Part shown: positions 25,105 through 37,790 of the stretch, piece by piece
Position numbering within the stretch: the stretch's first letter is position 1
How the letters are laid out: every line of letters begins with the position of its first letter
Assembly (NCBI GenBank): GCA_964016885.1
Contig: OZ024742.1
Coordinates: 160,642,001-160,706,000, forward strand
Reading direction: 5' to 3'
DNA length: 64,000 nucleotides
Origin: Eledone cirrhosa
Lineage: Eukaryota
Notes under the pieces: model-generated
Told to the model about the DNA's origin: nothing
Database searches by the model: none
What the model saw: the letters and a program-made list of their open reading frames with translations, nothing else
Made by a program: the position numbers and the translations under genes

Positions 25105-26621
25105 TTAAGTAAGCCGGATCATGATTTGAACCCCGAGAACAAGTCCCATAGAGTAACTTATCTAATGTTCTAAACATTCCACCAATCCACGTCTCTATCC
25201 AATGCGTTAACAATACACTGGTGATTCCATAATCTCAATATCTTTCAAGCATTAAAAAAAAGATACACACATCTCTTTAAAACATTCTTCAAAGTTTTTA
25301 GCAGTAATTACGATTAATTATATTTCAATAAATTAAATAGATTAACTAATAAACACGTGTTTCACCTCAAATATTTCCATGTTTTATAGTAATTTAATTC
25401 AATTCTTCAGATAAGATTCGTAGTTAAAAACCTAAGACTGACGAAGTAAAAGAACGTTTCGCTCCATACATAAAGGCGCCATATATGTTCCATCTGCGCG
25501 GCACTTTAACAATGAAACAGAGTATAAGGTTTTACGTAGATACACTTCATGATTTGAGAAACTGTTTTAATCAGAATATAATAATTATGTACATTAAATA
25601 ATAATCATCAGGAATTTATGTTGTAACGTGTATATTTTTGTTGTTGTTGTTGTTTGGTAAATACGATATTGTTGCCGTTGTTATTGATGATCATCATAAT
25701 GATAATGATGACAATAATGAATTTGGTGAAGGTTGTGGTGGTGCTGGTGGTACTGGCAGTGGTGGTGGTGTTGGCGGCTGTGGTGCTGGTAATGGTGGTG
25801 GTAGGTGGGAGTGGTTGTAGTGGTGTGTACGTGTGTGTGTGTGTGTGTGTGTATGTGTGATTATGATAATAATGAATTTGGTGATGGTGTTGGCGGTGGT
25901 GGTTGTGTTGACGGTGGTGGAGGGAGGTGGTGGTTGTTGTTGTGGTGTGTATGTGTGATTATGTGTGTGATTATGTTTGTATATGAAAGAATTTTACGAG
26001 ATCAATGACTGTACATGGTGTGTGTAAACATTCCCATCAAATCCAATACACAGGCACACACAGATACACACACATAAACAAACACTCGCACACAGACACA
26101 CAGATGCTCACACAGATACACACACTCAGGCACACAATTGGCCAACAAATCAATTTGGAAAGGAATCGGAATCAAATTAGTTTTACGACCGACTCTTCCA
26201 GTTAATTCTTTTATTACACTCAAGTTTAAGTACTTGTCTTGTCTTAATATCTTCGCTACAATTAGCTAAGTGTTTTGAAATACAAACACTTATAGTGTTG
26301 TTTTGGGAGATTAACGTGAAGTGGAGGAGAATAAAAACACAGAAATACAGAAACACAGAAACATAGAAACATAGAAACATGTCTTTCTTGTTTAAGGAAG
26401 CGGGGAGGCAATGGAGTTTATCTTTAATCATTATCCTCCGGGTGGAAAGCTAACATTGATACTGTCCACTACGGATTAAGACATGGAATTTCAATTAAAC
26501 TGAGAACTGTTGCATGAAAGGTATGAGAGGACTTACAGGAGTTTATGTTTCCCCAAAATACGGAGATTAGTAGAGATGATGAAGAATAAAAATCCTTTGT
26601 AAGCTTTGGGTTTTGTGTGGG

Positions 26622-26693
<72 letters not shown>

Positions 26694-26734
26694 ACAGGGA
26701 GAAAGAGACGATTATGAGGAAGAAAAAAAAAAAA

Positions 26735-26786
<52 letters not shown>

Positions 26787-27016
26787 CCTTTTTTATTTTT
26801 ATTTTTGCGTATCATTGGAAACAGGTGTTTTGTTAGTATTGGAAGAACACAAAATACGATCTAATTCAAGTCATGTGTAGAGACAACTTTGAAGTCTCCA
26901 CACCATTACAAACACCACCATCTCCACCACACCCACTTTAGCCAATATTTCTTCGTCGTGGATAGAAAATAATGTGAAATGTCCGATTTTAAAGACATTT
27001 TTATTTCATTTTTATT

Positions 27017-27063
<47 letters not shown>

Positions 27064-27307
27064 TTCACAGAAAACTTAAAGGGGGTAAAAAGAAAGAAGT
27101 GATGCTTCAGGTTTTTGAGTGTTTACATGGAGTTTGGATTGCGCTACTGTTTACAGCTGGTTTCAGTTCCATTAAAAGGTTTCGGAAAATATTTTTGCTC
27201 TCTTTGAGTCATGTTGTTCACTGTTTTACTGATATCAGTCGTATTAAAAGTGCAGTTCACGTTTCTGATTATTTTTCTTTTTAAATATATAAAGATCGAA
27301 ATTAGAG

Positions 27308-27870
27308 CCGTGTGTTGGCGACACTGGGTGGTGTACTAGTAGACGGTGGTGTGTTGATATAGAGTGGTGTGTTGGACCCACGGCCGTGTGTTGACACTGG
27401 GTGGTATGTTAGTAGACGGTGGTGTGTTGGTATAGAGTGGTGTGTTGGACCCACGGCCGTGTGTTGACATTGGGTGGTGTGTTAGTAGACGGTGGTGTGT
27501 TGATACAGAGTGATGTGTTGGCCCCACGACCTTGTGTTGACACAGTGTTGTGTGTTAGCACATTGTGCTGTGTTAGTACAGGGCAGTTTTTTGGCACATT
27601 GTGGTGTGTTGGTATGTGGTGGTTTGTTGTAGTGGGTGGTGTGTTGACACAGAGTCGTATGTAGACTCTGATTGGTATGTTGGCAGATAGTTGTGTGTTG
27701 ACAGAGTGTGTTGGTGTGTTGGTACAGAGTGTTGTGTTGACAGAGGGTGGTGAGTTGACTCAGAGTGGTGTGTTGACACAGAGTAGTGTTTTAACACATA
27801 GTGGTGTGTTTACACTGGGCGGTGTATTTATACTGGTGAGGTGTTTACACTGGATGGTGTGTTTACACTA
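27308..27870. repeat. GT-rich minisatellite with ~18-bp subunits (GGTGGTGTGTTGACACAG-like) and ~74-bp higher-order unit on the left
   Basis: GCCGTGTGTTG recurs at ~27307, 27383, 27456. Confidence 0.8.
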
Positions 27871-28100
27871 GGTGGTGTGTTGACAGAACTGATAGAGCGT
27901 CGAACAAAATGTTTTGCGGCATTTAGTTACGGCTCCTTACGATCTGAATGCAAATCCCACCGAGTTCAACTTTCATTTTCAAACTTCTGGGGGTCGATAA
28001 AATAAAGACCCAGTTAAGCATTAGGCTCGAAGTTATCGATCTAACCTCCTCCCCACTTAGAAAACATTAAACACTGGCCTTGTACTTAAATTAGAAACCA
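27871..28100 (+). mobile_element. tRNA-like SINE, diverged
   Basis: Colinear with the 21590 and 32429 copies, ends GGCCTTGTACTTAAATTAGAAAC. Confidence 0.8.
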
Positions 28101-28395
28101 ATATATAAAGATCACATATCGGGCAGTAGATCGACATAATCCTTGATAAAAATGCTTGGGATATTTTAAGTTTTGAATTTAAAGCCTGCACCAAAGCTGA
28201 CTTTGCCTTTTATCGTTTGTACACGCGGACATGGCGCAGTAGTCAAAATGTTTGCAACACAATGTCGAGGTTCTGGCTTCGAAATCTCTACATGTCTTTT
28301 ATCAAAGTTTTGGGTCGACTTATACCTATTATTGAAGCAAGGGAAAAGAAAATTGTGTAAGAGCTCGTATGATCCTGTTTTCTCACGATATGTCA

Positions 28396-28508
28396 TGTAC
28401 TTGGCGGATTAATCCGCAGCTAGGTAGACCCTTAGAATAATTCTCGCTAACTCTTAGCGAGAATTATTCTAAGGGTCTACCTAGCTGCGGATTAATCCGC
28501 CAAGTACA
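28396..28508. repeat. Perfect palindrome, 55-bp arms, 3-nt spacer
   Basis: 28396-28450 is the exact reverse complement of 28454-28508. Confidence 0.95.
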
Positions 28509-28768
28509 AGTTAATTTAACGAGTATGGCATTTAGTTGATCGAACAGTTGAATGCTCATCGTTGAAAGTGACTGAGATTCCATCATTACGCTCTAGTAGT
28601 AGCCTATAGGTTTGCTGCTTCTCTGTCTCATATATTACAACATTAAAAGGGTCAGTTCTATCTAAACTAGCCAGCTGATGTACATTACCTCTAGTCAAAC
28701 GAAACCCATGCGCCATCTTATATCTCCAAAACTCTGGAATTTTATATCTGTCCAGATTTTTATTTCAG

Positions 28769-29000
28769 GAATCAACGTAACAGTAACTTACAGCAGTTCA
28801 AACTTAACAGTAACTGTGATCAACTTATAGTAGTTCAAACTTAACAGTAACGAGGATCAACTTATAGTAGGTTAAATATAAAAGTAACAGGGATCAACTT
28901 ACAGTAGTTCAAACATAACAGAAACAGGCATCAACTTGCAGTAGATCAAACTTAACAGTAGCAGTGATCAACGTACATAAGTTCAAACTTTACATTAACC
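28769..29000. repeat. 37-bp tandem repeat, about 6 diverged copies
   Basis: ATCAACTTAYAGTAGTTCAAACTTAACAGTAAC recurring every 37 bp. Confidence 0.85.
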
Positions 29001-30282
29001 GCACCAACCTCACCTATAGAGGATGGCCTGCAAAAGTTATGGGCGCCATCTTAATTATTTAGCATGACTAAATAATTAAAATTATTAAGATAATTAAAAA
29101 CACATATTTGTCATGCTTCTAATGACTGTCAATTTTATTTTTCATTACCACAACTTTACTCCATTGCCATTATTCTATTCTCGTTTCTATAAACTATTCT
29201 CGTTTAAACTATTTGATTAGTTCATTTCCTAAGAGTTTAATCCCTCCACTTGGCACGGCATGGAGACCAGGAACATTGCTAGATTAGCGTTTCTAAGTGC
29301 ATGCTACTGTAATGTCGAACTGAGGGAGAGGATGATGTGTTGAGAGAACAGAATGGAAAGGAGAGAACCCCTAAGTTAAAAAAAAAGGATCAAAGAAGTA
29401 TGATAATTTTTTTCGTTATATTTTTTTTAAGGGTTGATGTGAACTGGGGATTTTGTGATGTCAGCGATTAGCTTTGAGATGAGGAAGAACAGATAGGGAG
29501 CAGTGAAAAGTCAACGCCATATCGCAGACTCTTCATCGTTGAAATGCTACGTCTGCATTCGACGAATGCCAACATTCCTGGCAGTGCTGAAATAAAATAA
29601 TGTCAGATCAAAATCAAGCAGTGTTATCCGAGTGAAGAGTGGTGGCAATACTAAAACATACATCTGGGGAACTATCATCTGCAACTGTTGCTAGAATCGA
29701 CAACATGAAAGATACGACGACTGATATAGTTCTTGTAACAGGGGCACAAAGCAAGACAAACTGATACGGAAGGGTGTGGGTAGTGAAGAAAAGAGAAATA
29801 GGGTGGGGAGGAAGAGAAAGAGAAGGAGGAAGTGAGGGAGTTAGGATGTTATTGAATGAATGACTGAGAGAAAGAAGAGAAAGAATATATAACATACAGA
29901 AAGGTTTAGCAAGAGACATGCGACTAAAACAATATTCTAAAACCTGTTGACAACTGTTGATGAATTGTAACTTTTATTAAAATCGTTCTTTTTCAAGGAA
30001 AGTTGCTGTTTCCTCCTTATCCTCTTCATTCTCTTCATCCCTCTTCTCTTCTTATTCTTTCATTTTTGTTTATTTATTTAGGCTAGACAATGGTAGTCGA
30101 GACAAATCAAGCGAACATTTTGGCAGTTGTCAAAAGCTCTTTCTGAAATGAATTTGTCAATGTCTACTATCTATCTTATAGCCTCATTGATAGAAAATAC
30201 ATCCCTTCTGGATAAACTGTAGTGAATAAAAATCTGTAAAAGATATAAGATATATAATCTTAAATATATAACAGTGAGCAAA

Positions 30283-30440
30283 GCAGCTAATTGGAAGAGG
30301 CGTTAGAACGTCGGGTATAATACTTCCCGTTATTCGTTCAAGCTCCCTGCGCTTTGAATTTAAATCCAACCAAGGTCAATTTAGCTTTTTATACTTTCGA
30401 GGTCGATACATAATGTACGAATATTTGGGTTGATTATTCA
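30283..30440 (+). mobile_element. Old SINE copy
   Basis: GAATTTAAATCCAACCAAGGTCAATTTAGCTTTTATACTTTCGAGGTCGATA matches the SINE body. Confidence 0.55.
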
Positions 30441-30636
30441 GCCCCTCCTCTCTTTACGTATTTTTAAAGAGGACAATGAGTGTGTTCAGAGCTGGGTTGG
30501 GGTGGATTCTTCGAGGTTTAAATATCCAAGAGACGTTATATGATACGACGGTGCTCTTACGTCGGTAATTCAGAACTAATGGACTACTTTTCATCAACAG
30601 TTACGATGATCAAGATAATATATATATATATATATA

Positions 30637-30930
30637 TATATTAATAAGAGGAATTCCAACTTTGTCTGATTTACTCGTTTTATTCAACTGTTGAAAATTG
30701 CAAACTCGACTGTCACCACATATCATGAACCTGAAGATTGCGAAAGCATGAAAGTACTTGTTCAATTAACACTTTGAATTTAATATTCTATCATACTATT
30801 TCATTATAATACCATTATATATATTTTAAAGGATTGTAAATAAAACGAGTAAATCAGACAAAGTTGGAATTCCTCTTATTAATATAATCTTCTATACACA
30901 ATCATACACACCCGTGTATATTTACCTATC
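30637..30930 (+). mobile_element. Short hammerhead-bearing element with ~48-bp inverted arm
   Basis: 30637-30684 is the reverse complement of 30839-30886; microsatellite flanks. Confidence 0.75.
30726..30764 (+). ncRNA. Minimal type I hammerhead ribozyme motif
   Basis: UGAAC-CUGAAGA-u UGC GAAA GCA u-GAA-AGUACU-U-GUUCA. Confidence 0.75.
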
Positions 30931-30934
30931 TATA

Positions 30935-30984
<50 letters not shown>

Positions 30985-31081
30985 TATATATACATATATA
31001 TACATACATATGTATATATACATACTTACATTTAAGTATCAGCCGTACTAAGAGTGAGAAATGAAATTTCATTTTTTCCAT

Positions 31082-31140
<59 letters not shown>

Positions 31141-31338
31141 CGCGGGTCGGTTGAAAAGTTCATAGGCCGACCAAGATATTCTCATGGAATGACCAAATGA
31201 GGTTTATTTTTCAACATAGTCCCTAGAAAGAAACAATACAGTTATTGTAAAGAAGAGTTGAAATTAATGCATGCAAGATTTCACAGTTCTAGCATCACTC
31301 TTTCATAGTCAGCCTATGAACTTTTCAGTCTACCCACA
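31141..31338. mobile_element. Mariner-type MITE (internally deleted)
   Basis: ~31-bp imperfect TIRs CGCGGGTCGGTTGAAAAGTTCATAGGCCGAC / GTCAGCCTATGAACTTTTCAGTCTACCCACA; TA on both sides. Confidence 0.8.
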
Positions 31339-32008
31339 TATTTTTAATCGTGTCATATGGGGGTCTTTTGGCTGCTATATTTAGCAATTCGAACAGCTAC
31401 CCATAGTCTTCTTCCTGACTTATTGGGTCATTACAGATGAGTATTGTATACAGAGAATTCAACTGTATTCCAGCCATGACAATCGCGTATTTTTAAAGAC
31501 GATTTAGGGTCCTAATTTTAGGGGCTTTTGACTGCTATTTCTAGCAGTTTGAATGACTACGTAAGCCTTCTCCCTGTTTATTCGCTCGTTACAGACGGTT
31601 ATTTTATTATACACGTGCTTCATATGTATTCCTTTGTTTATTTACTTGTTGTGTTTGTGTATTTACACAGCGAGGTGTCGTTGCTGCATACTATTTCCAT
31701 TTCTATCATAGACTGTCGATCGTAAATATCATGTAATTGGGTCTGGTTTGGATTTGTGGTGTAGTTTAATCCTCCACAAAATGGCGCCTCCTTCTCAGGG
31801 TCCCTCAGCATGCTCTGGAGACCATTTAACAAATACATGCTGAGGCATGTATTCATACAGACACATTTACATACATAGGCACACACATTCACACCCACAC
31901 ACATACGCACAAATGATCTTATATATATATGTGTGTATGTGTGTGTGTTATGAATGCATGTGTGTCTGTGCGTGCATGTGTGGGTATAGAAGCTACATAC
32001 ATCTGGTT

Positions 32009-32101
<93 letters not shown>

Positions 32102-32428
32102 GTGTTATATATGTATGTATATATATATATATATATATTTATATATACAAACATATACATATGTATGTGTGTGTCTGCATATATACACACATATATATAT
32201 TTATTTTATTTCCCAACTGATAGATATGCTTTTAAACACTATTTTATAAATATTACTTTGACTTGTACGTATTTTGCATCTCTGCTTTGCTATTCACACA
32301 ACTAACACAGTTGAGTGCAGAGTTCTTCGAATTTCCTGCTATCGGGTTTTTCTTAACGGCCTTCTCTTTATAGAGACACTTGATTCTTATAATGTCTGAA
32401 ACTGCTATCATTATCATTGAAACACACA

Positions 32429-32632
32429 GGGCGGTGGGTTGGCAGTATCGGTAGAGAGTCGGACACCATGCTTTGCAGCATAGAGTTACGGTCCTTTACG
32501 GTCTGAGTTCAAATCCCACCGAAGTTTACTTTGCCTTTCATCTTTAAAATAAAGCACCAGTAACGTACTTGGGTCGATTAAATCGACTCTCCCCTCCCCA
32601 CAAATTACTGGCCTTGTGCCTATACAAGAAAT
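32429..32632 (+). mobile_element. tRNA-like SINE
   Basis: A/B boxes; ATCATTATCATTG duplicated near both ends (candidate TSD). Confidence 0.85.
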
Positions 32633-32700
32633 CATTATCATTGCGCTATGCCAGTTCGATTGATCCGGTTGCTCGGATTTCCAGTTTGAACTTAGGCTGA

Positions 32701-32807
32701 ACATCCGCCGATGAAGTAGTCATGTTATGTAATATTTGGATATATTGCATGATTTCTGTGAGTAACACTTACTGATGAAACTGTTGCGCACTCAACAGTC
32801 CGGATGT
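32701..32807 (+). ncRNA. Extended type I hammerhead motif with GUC site (core variant CCGAUGA)
   Basis: ACAUCCG-CCGAUGA-long stem II-GAA-ACUGUUG cgcacu CAACAGU-C-CGGAUGU; 7-bp stem I and 7-bp stem III. Confidence 0.7.
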
Positions 32808-32978
32808 GTATATTATATCCACAAGAAACGGTCTTATTTACTAATTAACGATAGTTTTCCACTCTGAATTATAAGTCCGTACTTACCACATACGATACTT
32901 GTAAAATCATTGAATGATAGATAACGACCGGAGCTATATGAATTACTCAAGATTAGCTTCGTTAAACAATACACACAT

Positions 32979-33033
<55 letters not shown>

Positions 33034-33071
33034 CCCTCCCAGTACCTTCAATTTTTCTAATTTATGATTGT

Positions 33072-33109
33072 TTCTTCTGATGAAGGAAAAGCGTCCGAAA
33101 TGTTAAGAA
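33072..33109 (+). ncRNA. Mutated copy of the 23828 hammerhead
   Basis: UUCUU-CUGAUGA-A-GGAAAAGCGUCC-GAA-AUGU-U-AAGAA. Confidence 0.65.
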
Positions 33110-33237
33110 TAAGCGTTAAGCGTTAAACTAATATATTCCTACCATATACCAATTGTGTTGTTATTTTTGTTTATATGTACACACACACACACACACACAT
33201 ATACATATATAAGTATAATTTACTTAACGGAAATGTA

Positions 33238-33402
<165 letters not shown>

Positions 33403-33489
33403 AAATATTTCCGTAGAAAAGGTAAAGTAAAAAAAGAGTACTCTATGTATTGTACAGATCTATTTAATTACATACTAAAGAACACGATA

Positions 33490-33572
33490 TAATTATTTCA
33501 TTACCCAAGGTTTCAAGAAACTAGATTATTCTTGCAAGCAACATGCAGTTCGTTCGTCAGAAAAAATAATTA
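33490..33572 (-). ncRNA. Degenerate hammerhead motif
   Basis: UAAUUAUUUUUU-CUGACGA...GAA-ACCUUGGG-U-AAUGAAAUAAUUA; U16.1 mutated. Confidence 0.45.
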
Positions 33573-33752
33573 TGTTTTGGATATATATTTTGAAAGTGAT
33601 AGCTATTTAAAATTGAAAGTGATAGCTATTTAAAATTGAAAGTGAGGCTGAGTTAAGAAAGGAATATCTTATAACGGAAAGAAATATACATACATATAAA
33701 CCTACATGCGCGCATGCATACATACATCTACATACACTCTAGGCGCATACAA

Positions 33753-33823
<71 letters not shown>

Positions 33824-33836
33824 TATATATATATTT

Positions 33837-33868
<32 letters not shown>

Positions 33869-33878
<10 letters not shown>

Positions 33879-34581
33879 TTTACATATATATATACATACA
33901 TATATATATATAGACATGTTTTATGATATATAGCTCTGATTGTTTAATTTATTAATTTTTCATTGAGCCACAAAGTGACCAGTTGCAAAACACGTATATG
34001 TATGTGTATGTATATATATATGTAAACTTTTATATGTAATAATCTCCCACTAGGTTGAGATACAAATTTGGCTGTATTGTGCTGTGCTTTCTAGTAAAAA
34101 TGCCACTAGTCATAAGCAACTACCACACCCTTCCAACTTGACCGCGACTACGTCACGATTTTTAGCCATTTTGAAATGAATTCTTGGCGCGATCGTTTTG
34201 GAAAATTTAATGTCTAGATATGAGCGAGCTTCCTGAAGAATCCGGCGCTCGAGTTTATATAATTATTACATCATTATTGGAAAACTCAAAACACGGACGA
34301 AACCATGGTAGAGGTATTTAAATGTATTCTATTTTCTCCTAGTTTATTTTAAACCTAATTCTGCTTAGTTGACTGTATCTAGGCGATTACGCTGTCGAAA
34401 TATTCGATAAATATTCCGCTACGGCTGACGCGAAGCGCTAGTTTTGGTTATTTGTCGGAGATTCCTTCATAGAAGCCTCATTCGTATAGCCTGGTCTATT
34501 CGATTTTTTATATAGTTAATTATGCTAATTGGGAGAGGAAATAGTATATATTTTATCTTGTGATTCTATAGACATGTTTTA

Positions 34582-34590
<9 letters not shown>
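33869..34590 (+). mobile_element. Hammerhead-bearing ORF-less 658-bp unit with ~22-bp terminal direct repeat, in (TA)n
   Basis: TAGACATGTTTTATGATATA at 33911 and 34569; short inverted copy ~33869-33900 vs ~34005-34035. Confidence 0.7.
34228..34315 (+). ncRNA. Type I hammerhead ribozyme motif
   Basis: GCUUC-CUGAAGA-aUCCG...CGGAc-GAA-ACCAUGGU-A-GAGGU. Confidence 0.7.
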
Positions 34591-34634
<44 letters not shown>

Positions 34635-34722
34635 GGAGGTGAGTTTTAGTGTAGTACAATAAAGCAATGCAAATATCGGATAAGTAGCACTCTACAGTTT
34701 GTAGGACTGGAGTATAAATAAT

Positions 34723-34906
34723 TGTTACTACTTTAGGCACAAGGCCAGCAATTACCCAGTACATTACTGGTACTTTATTTTATCGACCTCGTAAGGATGA
34801 AAGGCAAAGTCAACCTCGGCGGGATTTGAACTCAGATCGTAAAGGGACGTAAATATGCTGGAAAGCATGGCCTCCGACACTCTACTGATGCTGCCAATCC
34901 ACCGCT
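34723..34906 (-). mobile_element. tRNA-like SINE inserted in Penelope A 3' region
   Basis: 16-bp TSD CTGGAGTATRAATAAT at 34707-34722 and 34907-34922. Confidence 0.9.
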
Positions 34907-34955
34907 CTGGAGTATGAATAATATAAGATCAAAAGATGGTTAAAAGAGTTCCAAG

Positions 34956-35026
34956 TATTTTATTATGCGCATTTCAAAAACAAATATCATCATGGGATGA
35001 TATCTGCGTTCTCATCAGATAAAATA
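34956..35026 (-). ncRNA. Type I hammerhead ribozyme in Penelope A 3' region
   Basis: UAUUUUAU-CUGAUGA-~16-bp stem II (CCAU loop)-GAA-AUGCGCAU-A-AUAAAAUA; 8-bp stem I. Confidence 0.85.
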
Positions 35027-37790
35027 GGGAGACATGATATGAAGCTTAAAAAACACTTGTGAATAGTGAAGTTTTAAATCAACATATGAAAAATAAATTA
35101 AGATGGATGTATGAGATTGGGGAAAAATTAGGGGGGTGGGGGTGGAAAAGGTAAGGAAGAGGACGAAATAAGAATAAAGGATGGTGGGGAGGAGTATAAG
35201 AAGGAAGGATGAGAGAGGAGGAGAGATGGGTGATAGACAGAGAGCGAGATAGCCTTTACAACTGAGAAAAAAATATTGTCTCATAGAGAGAAATTAAAAA
35301 GCCGTTGGAAGATAATAGATAATTTAATAGATTTTGAAATTAAAAGTTAATGAGGTTTATGCATGAAGAAAAAGGAATTAAGAATAGTATTAAATTAAGG
35401 TTTGTATATTGAAGGGTTTAATAATATGTGCGAAGAAAAGAATTTATTAATATGTATTATTAAAATAAAAATATTAATGATATTAAGGATATAATGTGAA
35501 AAGAGGGAGAAGAATGAATGAGTTATGAATTTAGAGGAATTAGTTAGGGTTTAAGTTTGTTTTTATGTAATGTAATATGTGTACGTAAATAGTATGTTTA
35601 AAATGAACGCGGAGGGAAAGAAGAAAAAAGAATGTTTAAGGAAGAAAATATCTAACATCAAAAAGTATATATGTTTACGAAATATTTTCTAATGGTAATA
35701 ATATAATATATTAAAAGAAATTAGTTAGGGTTTAAGTTTTTGTTTATGTATTGTAATATGTAAAAGTCAAATTAAGTAGTAGGTTTAAAACGAGCATGAA
35801 AGGATGGAAGAGATATGAAAAATTTAAGGAAGAAAAAAATCGAACGTCAAAAAGTTTATATGTTTACTTCTAATGGTAATATTATAATGTATTAAAAAAA
35901 TAATTTTTATGGCCAATGTTGTGGTGAGTAATAATATGAATTCAGAAGTAGTTGGGAAGAAAAAGTACAGATTAGAGGTTAGAAATAAAAAAAAAAGGAA
36001 GAAAGGACAATGATAAAGAGGAATTATATAGAATGGGTAAATTGTATTATATAATATGTGATACTGAAATAAGGTAGAAAGATGGGTATATTTGTAAAAG
36101 ATATATAAGCCTTTGATAAAAAGTATTTTAAACTAGTAAGGTGTTGAGATATTAACTGTACACTTTATGGAATGTTCTATGGAATTTATGCAAGCAGAGA
36201 GAAAATAAATCCGTGCGTCTATTTATTATAGAATTGAAATTAGATATAATGGTAAATTTCTCGGCTAGGCAGAGATTACATGTTCTGGATAGGGAAGAAT
36301 TCAGGTAAGGAAAGGCGGAACAAACCTTCCTCCAAGAGATGTTATAGTTAATATTTTTGTCTTTCAAGGACCATATGAGTTCCGAGAGTGCCGTTAGTTC
36401 TTTTAAGTTGGTATCTAAAAGACGAATTGTGATTATAAAATCTCGCTTTGAAGGAAGTGGAAGTGGAACCGAAATAGGTAAAAGAATTGGTATCAGTTAT
36501 AACCTTACATTCATAGACTAAGTTTTTATCAAGACAATGGTTATTAAGAGGACATTTAGTTTTAATAGGGCAATTACAATTACGATTAGAGAAATTAACA
36601 GAGTTATTAACAAGTGACCTAGCATTATTTATAGAAGGAATTGGATTGGAGAAGTTATTTACGATAGGAACAATAGTTTCCTGATTTAGATTGGTATTAT
36701 GAACATTCAACGAAGTTACGTTTGACGTCGTATTTAAATTTATAGAATCTAGCCTAGAGTAAACAATGACGTCGGGTGTACTACTGCTATTATTATGACG
36801 CTCAGTTTTGGAATGATGTGATTTATTATTTTTATTGTTGTGTTTAGAGACAATGTTAGAGATGTTGGAAGTGGTGGAATAAGAAAATGTTATTGTATGT
36901 TTGTTAAAGATTTTACTATAGATATGTGAGGGAGGGAAGCATTTATCTAAGGCCCTAAAGAATAGTTTAGGAATATTATTATTAATAGATATAGAAAAAG
37001 GAGCATTATACCAGATTATATTTTTGTATGTAGGTCTTTTATTTAAGTTATTGGAATGTTCATAATTAATTATTTTACTGTAAGACCTTCTAGGATTGGT
37101 TTCCTTACTGTATTTAATTTTATCAGGATAACCGGCTTTAGAAAGCGCATTATTATAGTAATTGGCGTTAGCATCGAACATATCTCAAAAAAAGAATCTC
37201 AAACCTATCCTCTAATAATAGAGGATAGGTTTGAGATTTTTTTTTCAATATTACTGACTATAGCATTTTTAATGTTAGTGGGGTGGTTAGATTTAAAATT
37301 AACATAATTTAGATTCTCATTGTTTTTATGGTAAGGGTAATATAGGCCAGTGTCAAGATTAAGGTATATATCCGAGAAGTTAGCTAGTTTGACGTTGTTA
37401 TCAAATTCAATTTTAAGGTTATGGTGCTTAAAGAGATCACGTATCTTAATAATATTAAGGTTAATTAAGTTGCAGTTTAAGATAGTAAAAAGTCCATCGT
37501 CACGATAAATTCCACCGCGAAGTTGAGGAATTTTCCGATTTAAAGAATTCAAAATAAAATACCAATCAAATCAGTTAATTGCGATGAATCGGAAGCACCC
37601 ATTGTGATATCAAATTTGTTGGAAGTATCGGCTCTAGTCCAGTATTCATTGTTGAATTCTAAGATAGTTTTTCTTGCGGTGAGAATGATGTAAAGTTCAT
37701 CTGTGGTGATGTCAGAATATTTAAATGCGAAAGGTAGAGCGTTGTTGAGAAGTGAAGGCGAAATAGAAGAATAGTAGCTGGCAATATCAA

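Noticed and set aside
25346-25415. Minus-strand hammerhead-like CUGAAGA...GAAACACGUGUU
   Set aside because: Palindromic stem III is present but stems I and II pair poorly; possibly a relic, not supportable.
29430-29760. Exon-like, higher-complexity stretch after a T-rich AG
   Set aside because: Stops interrupt the frames examined and no recognisable protein motif was found.
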